From NCBI GenBank assembly GCA_963725865.1, contig CAVSAC010000012.1, positions 320,001 to 384,000 on the forward strand: DNA of 64,000 bases, given 5' to 3'. Position 1 is the first letter of the stretch; every line of letters starts with the position of its first letter. Position numbers and translations under genes: made by a program. Below, in pieces: positions 20,901 to 28,851 of this stretch. A model generated the notes under the pieces. The model ran no database searches, was not told where the DNA came from, and saw only the letters and a program-made list of their open reading frames with translations. Source of the DNA: Candidatus Eiseniibacteriota bacterium (GTDB lineage Bacteria > Eisenbacteria > RBG-16-71-46).

Positions 20901-22872
20901 CGTCGAAGCAGAAGCCGAAGTCGAGGTCCGCCACGTCGACGGTGCCGAGCGTGACCGGCGTCAGCGACTGCGGCGTCGCCGCCGCCGTGGTGAGCGAGGC
21001 GAGCGCGGCAGACGTCAGGTTGGCCGCGGCGTCGGGCAGCGCTGGCGTCTCACCGCCGATCCGGTCCGCGTCGGCGACCGCGGTGCCGGAGGCGCCGACG
21101 GTGCGGAACGTCTGCACCGCGAGCAGTCCCGCCGTCGCGCCGCTCCGCCCCGAGGTCACGGTGGCGTTGACCACGCGCACGGTGTAGTTGCCGGCCGGCC
21201 AGCCGTCGAACAGGTAGACCCCGGCCGCGTCGGTGGTGTCAGCGTCGAGAAACGCGCCGGTGGCGCCGTACAGCTCCACGCGCGCGCCCGGCCGCACCGC
21301 GCCGCCGCTGGCGGCCAGCGAGCGGCCGCTGCCGCCGCCGTAGTTCGGATCCTCGAACACCTTGCCCGTCATCCGCGCCGCCGCCACGGTGACGGTCGTC
21401 GGCTGCGCGCCTCCGGACACGGCGTTGCCGTCGCTGCGCCCGCTCAGCGCGGCGCCGGTCTGGGAGCCGACGTACGTGATGCCCGCCTGGTTGCTCACCA
21501 CGGAGCCGTTCGGCGCCGGCACGCCCACCGTGACGCGGAAGCGCACGACGGTGGAGTCGTTCACGTTGATCTGGCCGCCCACCGCGGCGTTGGCGCCGGT
21601 GCCGACCCGCGCGACCACCGTGCGCGAGGCCGCCACGTACTCCATCTGGTCGTCGCCCGCGGCGTCGGTCTTGGCGCCGGCGTTGGCTCCGCTCACCACG
21701 CTGAGCGACCCGCCCACGTAGGTGACGTTGGCGGGCAGGGTGTCGCGCATCGTGGTCTGGGTGGCGTTGTCCTGCCCGACGTTGCGCATCACCAGCGTGT
21801 ACTCGAGCGCCTCGCCGGGACGCACCGGTCCGCCGTTCAGATCCACCACGCGCTTCTGGAAGCTGTCGCCGTCGATCACCGGGGCGTACAGGTCGGTGGC
21901 GAACGACACCGCGCCCGGGTAGTAGGTGTCGCCGTTCGAGGTGAGCTGGATCGTGGCGGTCGTGGCGTTGTTCGCGAGCCGGCCGTCGGCGTTGACCAGG
22001 TCGATGTCGAAGCCGAGCTGGTTGAGGTAGTCGGGATTCTTGGTCGTGACGGTGGTGTCGAAGCGGCTGATCGAGCTGTTGAAGAAGTTGGTCGCCGGGT
22101 TGCGGGTGTTCGAGAGCGCGACGCCGTTCAGGTTGAACGCGTCGCCGGTGAGTCCGAGGTCGCCTTCGTGCGCGATCACGCCGAGCCGGGTCTGCACCAG
22201 TCCGGCCGGCGGGGTGACGAAGCCGCTCACGGTCATCGTGATCGGCGCGCCGCTGAAGACCTGTCCGAAGCCGTCGAACACGACCAGGTTGCGCATCGGC
22301 AGCTGGGGCAGCTGGTACACCACCACCAGCCCCCAGCCGGCGAACACGTTCGCGGTATTCGGAGTCGAGCGCACGTTGGCGACGCGGTAGGTGCCGTTGC
22401 CGCCGGCGCGGACCTGGTTGCTGACGTCGGCGATGCCCTGGTACACGGTTCCGATGTTGTCGAGCCGCGCGGCGGTGATGGTGGCGTAGCCGGCGACCGG
22501 GGTCGCCAGCAAGCAGGTGTTGCGGCCGGCGTTGTTCGAATCGCCGCCCCAGTAGAGCCCGGCCCACAGCACGGTGGCGCCCGCGGGCAGCGCCAGGTCG
22601 GCGGTGCTCGAGCTGAACGTGGTCGCGTCGCCGTCCACGTCCACGTACACCATGCTGAAGTCGTTGTCGTTGATGCTGGCGCCGAGCCCGAGGCGGCCGC
22701 TGGCGCAGGTGCCGCTGCCGTTGCACGACATCAGCGTGTTGCCGATCATCGTGATGTCGCCGGTCGCGCTGGTCGTGAAGCGCGGCGTGAACGCGCGCAC
22801 GATCTGCGCCCGCGCGGGCACCGCGAGCGCGAGCGCGGAGACCGCCAGCAGGGCCGCGAGCCACCGCCTCAT
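17956..22872 (-). CDS. Large secreted DUF11/SdrD-B/beta-helix adhesin (1638 aa); putative fibre tip with C-terminal incomplete DUF11 acceptor domain
   Basis: Signal peptide MRRWLAALLAVSALALAVPARA; N-terminal WAGLYW..FAGWGLVVVY domain; one complete DUF11; SdrD-B-like G.VF.D repeats; parallel beta-helix; ends LLLAK...IRDATP...VSFRVRVP. Confidence 0.85.
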   Translation of the reverse strand: MRRWLAALLAVSALALAVPARAQIVRAFTPRFTTSATGDITMIGNTLMSCNGSGTCASGRLGLGASINDNDFSMVYVDVDGDATTFSSSTADLALPAGATVLWAGLYWGGDSNNAGRNTCLLATPVAGYATITAARLDNIGTVYQGIADVSNQVRAGGNGTYRVANVRSTPNTANVFAGWGLVVVYQLPQLPMRNLVVFDGFGQVFSGAPITMTVSGFVTPPAGLVQTRLGVIAHEGDLGLTGDAFNLNGVALSNTRNPATNFFNSSISRFDTTVTTKNPDYLNQLGFDIDLVNADGRLANNATTATIQLTSNGDTYYPGAVSFATDLYAPVIDGDSFQKRVVDLNGGPVRPGEALEYTLVMRNVGQDNATQTTMRDTLPANVTYVGGSLSVVSGANAGAKTDAAGDDQMEYVAASRTVVARVGTGANAAVGGQINVNDSTVVRFRVTVGVPAPNGSVVSNQAGITYVGSQTGAALSGRSDGNAVSGGAQPTTVTVAAARMTGKVFEDPNYGGGSGRSLAASGGAVRPGARVELYGATGAFLDADTTDAAGVYLFDGWPAGNYTVRVVNATVTSGRSGATAGLLAVQTFRTVGASGTAVADADRIGGETPALPDAAANLTSAALASLTTAAATPQSLTPVTLGTVDVADLDFGFCFDVVVNANDAGPGSLRQFVINANALGNAGLAQAGLPAGFETSVFMVSDGLAHPGLRAGLANLLTAGVVRVTLASALPALGDAATRVDGGTQTRDVGDTDAGQLGTGGVVGAQDLPLPTLAAPEVEVRDGASLAIGFDLAGANLTLRSLAITGFGNVVGNDAHADVRVGATANGARLERCTIGTTAAAFADPGGLRSGGDHVRALGGDGGVIDSCLIGFAAGNGLALTAGSNGWNVTRTEFRSNALLASARAGVSVESSAGLRLAQSLVIEHPGAGIDAATGSGSGLFDSLTVRRSGLASVAGVPNAGIRLGGAGSRVALCALEDNVGAGVMVTAAAGANVITRNRISGNGTIAGGSGITNQIGIDLLAAGDDAARGTAPYTTLNDAGDGDAGGDALLNFPVLQSAVLSNGQFTLQGWARPGSTIELFVAALDASGFGEGRTYVATFVEGSGSDLDAGSSSYSGLVNGLGQGSDNTARFRFTGAAPPGVAAGTTLTATATIAASGTSEFSGRVVVSTGVTVRGTAYDDRDHNDQRDAGENGTGAALWAKLVPSGFTGAQQVAGVDLATGAYAFTFVNTATYDVVLDDSADPDDIVAGRPAGWIGTEAASGVIPGVVVAATDQNGLDFGLWHGSRVDGVVFRDDGAGAATANDGARQGAEAGVGAARVRLLAAACAGGLCDSVTTDATGAFRLWLPFAATGASARVAEVDPSGWLSTGGQSGTTAGAYARSSDDVTFAAAAGVTYTGVAFGDVPLNTWIPPLARTIAAGGVAVYPHRFTAGSAGAVSIGIAEAPVPAQPGWSVTLYRDLDCNGVLDAGEPPLPAVVALSAGQSLCVIARHATPAGAAAGAAETATLTASYAYVNATPPLAASNALSDVTTIAPGNGLLLAKRVDVANVAPGGTLTYTITYTNPGGQSISGIVIRDATPPWTVFDSAACAALGAGLTGCALTQQPGAGATGDVVWTLAGTLAPGGSGSVSFRVRVP

Positions 22873-25800
22873 CGCCGGCCTCCCGCGCGCCGCAGCGTGC
22901 TCTCGTCGAGCTTCATGCGCAGGCGCAGGTAGCCGCCCTCGCGCGTCCACTCCTGGTCGGTCAGCTCGTCGTCGCGGTAGCCGAACTGGTTGAAGCCGAG
23001 CGTCAGCCACACGCCCATCGGCAGCTGCTTGCCGAGCTCGGCGCCGAGGCCCCAGCGGCGCTGGTCCCAGCGGCTGCCGGTCAGCACGCTGGCCGACCAG
23101 CCGACGTCCCAGCCGCGCGCCAGGTCGCGCGTGGCGCGCGCGCGCGCCCACTGGCCGCCGCCGCTCGTGGTGGCGACGAACGACTCCTCGCGCGTGAGCT
23201 TGCCGGCCCACGCGACCGACATCACGTCGTGCTCGCTCACCTGGCCGTCGGCGTTGATCGACACGATGCCGGCGACGCGGCGCCCGCGCGGATCGGGATC
23301 GCCCGCGTCGAGCGCGGTGGGCGAGAGGGCGGCGGCGCCGCGGTCGTAGCGGCCTTCCCAGCGCGCCAGGCCTTCCCACGCGCCGCCGGGGCGCCAGGCG
23401 AGCCCCACCTGCAGCCGCGCCCGCGCCTCGCCCGCGGCGTCGGCCGCGTGCGCCTCGGTCACGCTCAGCGCGTAGCGGAACAGTCCGGTCCACGCGCTAT
23501 CCAGCTCCACCGCGGTGCCGAGCGTCTGCAGCAGCTGGGTGTCGGAGCGGTTCGCGCGCACCTCGATGCGCGAGGAGCCCTTCCAGCCCCCTTCGCCGGT
23601 GAAGTCCACCGAGAGCGCCGCGGCCGTGGTGGCGCCCGTCGTGGGGTGGCCCTCGCCGAGCGGGCTCACGCGCTCGAACGAGGTGCCGAGCCGCGTGTCC
23701 GGAGCCACCTGCCAGCCGTTGCGCAGGCCGACCGCGGCCTGCGCCTCGCGCCCGGCCAGCACGTCGGCCAGGCGGTACTCCCCGAACACGTGCTGGTCGC
23801 GGCGCACGTCGGCGTCGAGCCCCACCACGGTCGCCAGCCGCTGCTGCGCGCCGTTGAGGTCGAAGTTGCCGCCGAGGCTCGAGATCAGCTCGTGGCGCGC
23901 GTACAGGCGGCCGCGCTGCGCCACGCGATACTCGCTGCCCAGCGCGGCCATGCGCCGGTCGGCCTCGCGCACGTCCTGCTCCGCCTCGGCGTAGCTCGTC
24001 CACTCGGGATGTGCCGGCGGCTGCCAGCCCAGCCGCGTGCGCACCGCCGCCACCAGCGGATCCTCGCCGCCGGCGCGCGCGCTGCCGTCCGAGACGCGCA
24101 CGCCGAGCTGCCCGCGCCAGGCGTCGTTCAGCGCGCGCTCGAGCGCCAGCAGGCCGCCGCCGCGCCGGTCGCTCCCGGCGGCGTCCCCGCTGTACGACGC
24201 CTCGGCAGTCATCCGCGTGCGCTCGGCGAGCCGCGCGACCAGTTGCGCGCCGGCCTCGTCGCGCCCGCCGGCGAAGCCCGCGGACGGATTGTCGAAGCGG
24301 GTACCGGTCGAGGCGCCCCACACGTGCGCGTCCACGCCGCCCACCGCGTGCCGCAGGTCGAGCCGGCCGCCCTGGCCGGCGTCCTGGCCGAGCCGCTGGG
24401 TGAGCGCCCACTCGCCCTCGAGCAGGGTGTGCGGCGCCAGCTGGGCGCGGAACGACGCGCCGCGCAGCTCGCGCGGGGCGGTGGGATCGTGGTCGTCGAC
24501 CGCGGTGCCCGACAGCTCCAGCGCCGGGGTCGCCTTCCAGCGCGCGGTGCCGCCGTGCACCCAGAACGGATCGCCGGCCGGACCGCCATCCGAGGTGCGC
24601 ACCTCGTACGTGACGCGCACGAACACCGGATTGAGCGCCGCGTCGAGGCTCGGCACCGGCGCCCGGAACAGCAGCCGGCCGGTGAACGGCTCGACCTCGT
24701 AGTCGGTGAAGCGTTCGCGCGCCTCGCTGCTCAGCACCACGCTCGGGTGATCGCGGTCGCGCACGATCACCTCGACGCGCTCGGTGTTCTCCACGAGCGG
24801 GAAGGTGCCGAGCTGGTAGGGGCCCGAGATGCCGAGGCCCGGCAGCTCGTCGGTGCGGCTGCGCGTGCGGTCGCGGCTGGTGAACGCGTCGACCCGCAGC
24901 GCGCCCTCCTCCCAGTGGGTCTGCGCGCCGGAGAAGCTGCGGTTGTACGCCGCCAGCGCACGCGAGCCGCCGTCGGTGGGTGACCCGATGCCGCTGGTGA
25001 CGTAGTCGCCGTACATCAGCCAGGCGCCCGGGCGCTCGATCCGCGTGAACAGCCGGCCGGTGCTCTGCGCGTCGTAGCCCCGCACCGAGGCGTCGCCCAG
25101 CACCGCGTAGCCGGCGTCGGGCTGCAGGTCGCGGAAGCGCCGCGCGTCGCGCTCGCGATCCGAGTCGTAGCCGAGCGTCAGTGACCAGGGCCCCGACACT
25201 CGACCCTGCATGTACAACGCGCCGCGGGCGGCCGCGGTGGCGCGGCCGTCGCGGCTCGCGGCCGCGAACTGCTCGACCGGCGCCTCGAAGCGCGCCTCCC
25301 GCAGGTCGGCTGCGCCAGCGCGCTTCGAGAAGCCGTTCCAGCCGAGCACGCCCTCGAGCACGCCCACCGCGAGCACCCGGCGCAGCTCGGACGTGAACGG
25401 CACGTACGCCGCCGCGCGCAGCTCGCCGGTCTGCGCGGTGACGCGCGCGACTCCGGGAGCGGGCGGCGCCTCGATCGGCACGCGCGCGCGTCCGCCCTCG
25501 ACCGCGATCTGGATCCCCGCGGCGTCCGGGTCGAGATCGTCGAGGCGCACGCGCCCGAGCGAGCTCTCGATCGTCACCAGCGTGCGCGCGCCCACCGCCA
25601 CGCCGTGCGCGTCGAGCAGCGCCAGCGTGAGCTCGGCGGGCGTGAAGCCGTCGGCCGGCACGTCGCGGGGCGCGGACAGCAGGAGCGCCTCGAGGGGCCC
25701 GGGCGCGACCACGCGCACGGCGGCGCGAGCGAGCGAGCGGGCCGGCGCCACCTCGAGCAGGTTGATCCCGGGCCGCAGGTCGACGCCCAGGAACTCCAGC

Positions 25801-28679
25801 GCCTCGGTGCCCGACTCGGGCGCGATCACGCGCTGCGCCACCCGCGAGGCCGGCTCGAGCTCGCCATTCACGTACAGCTCGAGCTGGCTGCCGGCGCCGC
25901 CCTTGACGCGCACCGCGATCTGCGTGACCGCGACGGTGTCCAGATCGGCGAGGCCGAGGAAGCCGGGCTCGGCGTCGAGCCGCGGCACCAGCTGCTCGAG
26001 CGGCGCGGTCGCGAGCACGCTCGACGACAGCGCTGCGATCGGAGCCGCGGCCGCGCCGTCGGCCGCGCCGCCCGGCGGCGGGCTCGCGCCCGCGCCGTCC
26101 GTAGTCGCGCCGGTCATCGTGCCTGCCGCGGCGGCGGCGCCCGCGTCGCTCGGGAGTCCGCCGCCCTCGTCGGCGGACGCCAGCGCGCCCGCGGCCTCGA
26201 GCGCGGCCGGGCTGCCGGCCTCCGGCGCCGGCGACGAGCCCGCGCCCGCTTCGCTCGCGCCCGACGCGGCGCGGCGCGCCAACGGCAGGCCGTTCTCGCC
26301 GGTCAGCACGCGACTCGCGGGCAGCGCGTGCGGATCGGTGGTCGGCTGCTGCGGATGGAGCGGATCGGTTCCGCGCGCGAGCAGCCGATCGGTCTCGCCG
26401 CGGCGCGCGGCCACGCCGCGATCGCTGGCCTCGCGCAGCGTCGCGGTGTCGCCGAGCGCGGCGAAGTCGGCGCGCACCAGCTCGCCGCGCGTCAGGTCCA
26501 CGAAGCGCAGCCCCGGCTGATCGCCGGTGCGATGATCGAGCGCGATCAGCGTCGCCGCCGCCGGCACGGTGGCCGGATCGATCTTGAGCGCGTGGGTACG
26601 CGGCGCGACGCCGGTGAAGCTGTACCGGCCGCGCGCGTCGGTGACCGCCCAGGTGCCGTCGTCCAGCACCATCCGCACGCCCGCGAGTCCGGGCTCGCCG
26701 GCCGACAGCCGCCCGTCGCGGTCGAGATCGATGCCGACGGTGCCGAGGATGGTGCCTTCGTCCGCGAACACGCCGCCGCGCACGGTGACGCGCGCCACCG
26801 CCTCGTTCGAGCGCGTGCTGCCGCCGTCGGCCACCGCGCGGTTGAGCGCGTCGCCCAGCGAGGCGCCCGGGCCGATGTGCGCGCGGTAGGCGAGGGTCAC
26901 GGTGGCGCGCGACGCGAGCGCGCCGAGCGTGAACGTCAGCCGCCCGCCCGCGCGCGCCGGATCGGCCACCGCGACGCCGTCCACGCGCGCGCTGCCGCCC
27001 ACGTACGCGAATCCGCTCGGCAGCCCGTCGCGCACCACCAGCGTCGTCACCGTGCTGTCGGAGCGGTTCGCGACCCGCACCTGGTAGCCCACGTCGTCGC
27101 CGATCTCGGCCTCCGGCCGCGAGGCCGCTTTCTCCGCGAACAGCACGATCGGGTGCAGCGCGTCGACCGGCAGGTCGACGACCACCGGCGCGCCGACCTC
27201 GGTGACGGGGAACGGCTGGCCGAACGAGCCCGCCTGGTCGAGCACGTGACCGGGCGCCAGCGACGCCGGCGCCGCCAGCGACGGGAACCGGTAGGTCGCC
27301 GGCGGCAGCACCAGCAGGCGGTAGGTGCTCGGCGCGACCCACGGGAACTCGAACAGCCCCACCGCGTCGCTGGTGACGTCGGCGGACGCCGGCGTGACGC
27401 CGTCGGTCGCGTAGACTTGCGCGAGCTGGCCGGGCCGGCCGCCGTTGCCCGCGCCGGTGACGTCGATGAGCTGCACGCGCGCGCCACCCAGCGCCGCCCC
27501 GCTGCCCGCGTCGAACACTTCGCCCGCGGGATCCACCCACACGTTCGCGTCGGTGCGCGGCGCGCCCCAGCCGAACACCGTCGCGGAGATCTCCTCGCCG
27601 CGGCGCGACGACACCACGCCGTCACCGGCGAGCGCGGTGCCGCCCGGTGGCGGCGTGACCGCGGTGACGTACGGCACGATCCGGAACGTCCCGGTGTGCG
27701 GCCCGGTCTCGAGCGCGAGGAAGTCGTCGAGGTCCGCCGTCAGGCGGGTGGTGAGCCGGATCGTGATCGTGTCGATCTGGGCCGGCCGCAGGTCGGCCTG
27801 CGGCGCGGTGGCCTGCACGTACAACGGCGCGCCCAGGCTCGTGCGACGCGTGGTGCGCGTGAAGTCCGATGCGGTGTAGAACGCCACCGACGGCGGCGGC
27901 CCGAGCGCCGGCGTGGCCACCGTGTCGGTCACCGACGCCGTGGCTCCCTGCGCCTGCGAGGTCGCCGTGAGCGACACCCACGCCCGCGCCACGCCGGGGG
28001 CCGCGAGCGGCACCGTGCCGGTGACCAGCAGCGCCGCCGAGTCGCCCGCCGCCAGCGACACCGTGCCGCCGGGCGGCACCGGCGCGTCGGCCGCGCTCAC
28101 GGCGCCGTCGCGATCGAGGTCGCGGACGATCGCGAGCGCCGCGAGATCGAAGTCGTCGCCGCCCGCGTTCGCGAGGTCGAGCCGGTAGTCGCTCGGCGTG
28201 TTGCCGTCGTTGTGCAGCGTGTGCGGGAACACCACCGCGTCCCCGGGGCGGGCGGTCCACGCCGGGCCGGCCGTCAGGCGCAGCGCCTCGAGCGGCTGCA
28301 CCACCGCGCGCACCGGGTTCGACGCCGGCCGCAGCGTGACGGCGCGCGCGACATCGAACCCCGAGCCGGTCGCGGTGTTGTCGATCGGGGTACCGGCGAG
28401 CGGCCCGGCGACCGCGGGCGCGAACGCGAGCAGCGCGCCGAGCGCGGCGGGGGCCACGACCCGCGCGAGCGCGTACGCCGCCGCCTCGCGCGCGCGCGCG
28501 TAGATGGAAGCGCGCGCGAGGCGGGCGCCCGCCTCCGCGTACGCGCGACGGTCCGCGAGTCGAGCGAGCGTGCGGGCCCGCGGGCCGGAGCCGGGTGCGG
28601 GCGCTGGGAGTCCCTGCCGCCGCGCGCGGGAGCGCGCGGACGCGTCGTTCGGACGCCGGTGGCGAAGGGCCTCGATCAT
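22869..28679 (-). CDS. Large outer-membrane beta-barrel protein with N-terminal donor hairpin, DUF11, SdrD-B and invasin (Big_1)-like domains (~1936 aa; start uncertain)
   Basis: Hydrophobic signal ...GALLAFAPAVA then GPLAGTPIDNTATG; DUF11 FAEK..RDGLP..LNRA; PADG Big_1-like segment; ~800-aa amphipathic-strand C-terminus ending GGYLRLRMKLDE. Stop overlaps the downstream ATG. Confidence 0.82.
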   Translation of the reverse strand: MIEALRHRRPNDASARSRARRQGLPAPAPGSGPRARTLARLADRRAYAEAGARLARASIYARAREAAAYALARVVAPAALGALLAFAPAVAGPLAGTPIDNTATGSGFDVARAVTLRPASNPVRAVVQPLEALRLTAGPAWTARPGDAVVFPHTLHNDGNTPSDYRLDLANAGGDDFDLAALAIVRDLDRDGAVSAADAPVPPGGTVSLAAGDSAALLVTGTVPLAAPGVARAWVSLTATSQAQGATASVTDTVATPALGPPPSVAFYTASDFTRTTRRTSLGAPLYVQATAPQADLRPAQIDTITIRLTTRLTADLDDFLALETGPHTGTFRIVPYVTAVTPPPGGTALAGDGVVSSRRGEEISATVFGWGAPRTDANVWVDPAGEVFDAGSGAALGGARVQLIDVTGAGNGGRPGQLAQVYATDGVTPASADVTSDAVGLFEFPWVAPSTYRLLVLPPATYRFPSLAAPASLAPGHVLDQAGSFGQPFPVTEVGAPVVVDLPVDALHPIVLFAEKAASRPEAEIGDDVGYQVRVANRSDSTVTTLVVRDGLPSGFAYVGGSARVDGVAVADPARAGGRLTFTLGALASRATVTLAYRAHIGPGASLGDALNRAVADGGSTRSNEAVARVTVRGGVFADEGTILGTVGIDLDRDGRLSAGEPGLAGVRMVLDDGTWAVTDARGRYSFTGVAPRTHALKIDPATVPAAATLIALDHRTGDQPGLRFVDLTRGELVRADFAALGDTATLREASDRGVAARRGETDRLLARGTDPLHPQQPTTDPHALPASRVLTGENGLPLARRAASGASEAGAGSSPAPEAGSPAALEAAGALASADEGGGLPSDAGAAAAAGTMTGATTDGAGASPPPGGAADGAAAAPIAALSSSVLATAPLEQLVPRLDAEPGFLGLADLDTVAVTQIAVRVKGGAGSQLELYVNGELEPASRVAQRVIAPESGTEALEFLGVDLRPGINLLEVAPARSLARAAVRVVAPGPLEALLLSAPRDVPADGFTPAELTLALLDAHGVAVGARTLVTIESSLGRVRLDDLDPDAAGIQIAVEGGRARVPIEAPPAPGVARVTAQTGELRAAAYVPFTSELRRVLAVGVLEGVLGWNGFSKRAGAADLREARFEAPVEQFAAASRDGRATAAARGALYMQGRVSGPWSLTLGYDSDRERDARRFRDLQPDAGYAVLGDASVRGYDAQSTGRLFTRIERPGAWLMYGDYVTSGIGSPTDGGSRALAAYNRSFSGAQTHWEEGALRVDAFTSRDRTRSRTDELPGLGISGPYQLGTFPLVENTERVEVIVRDRDHPSVVLSSEARERFTDYEVEPFTGRLLFRAPVPSLDAALNPVFVRVTYEVRTSDGGPAGDPFWVHGGTARWKATPALELSGTAVDDHDPTAPRELRGASFRAQLAPHTLLEGEWALTQRLGQDAGQGGRLDLRHAVGGVDAHVWGASTGTRFDNPSAGFAGGRDEAGAQLVARLAERTRMTAEASYSGDAAGSDRRGGGLLALERALNDAWRGQLGVRVSDGSARAGGEDPLVAAVRTRLGWQPPAHPEWTSYAEAEQDVREADRRMAALGSEYRVAQRGRLYARHELISSLGGNFDLNGAQQRLATVVGLDADVRRDQHVFGEYRLADVLAGREAQAAVGLRNGWQVAPDTRLGTSFERVSPLGEGHPTTGATTAAALSVDFTGEGGWKGSSRIEVRANRSDTQLLQTLGTAVELDSAWTGLFRYALSVTEAHAADAAGEARARLQVGLAWRPGGAWEGLARWEGRYDRGAAALSPTALDAGDPDPRGRRVAGIVSINADGQVSEHDVMSVAWAGKLTREESFVATTSGGGQWARARATRDLARGWDVGWSASVLTGSRWDQRRWGLGAELGKQLPMGVWLTLGFNQFGYRDDELTDQEWTREGGYLRLRMKLDESTLRRAGGRR

Positions 28680-28812
28680 GGTCGTGGAACCCGTCGCCCC
28701 GCAGTCGCCGGCGTCCCCCGACCAGGGACGGGGGAGCACCGGCTCAGCGGAGCGTGATGAGTGCGACGGCGGGCGAATGCGAACGACTCGCATCCACCCG
28801 CGCGCCGCGCAG

Positions 28813-28842
28813 GCGGAGGCGGGGATCCGTCCCCGCCTCCGC
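28813..28842 (-). terminator. 13-bp perfect stem-loop immediately after the putative major subunit gene
   Basis: GCGGAGGCGGGGA-TCCG-TCCCCGCCTCCGC, about 10 nt after the stop at 28852. Confidence 0.65.
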
Positions 28843-28851
28843 GCGGCTGTG

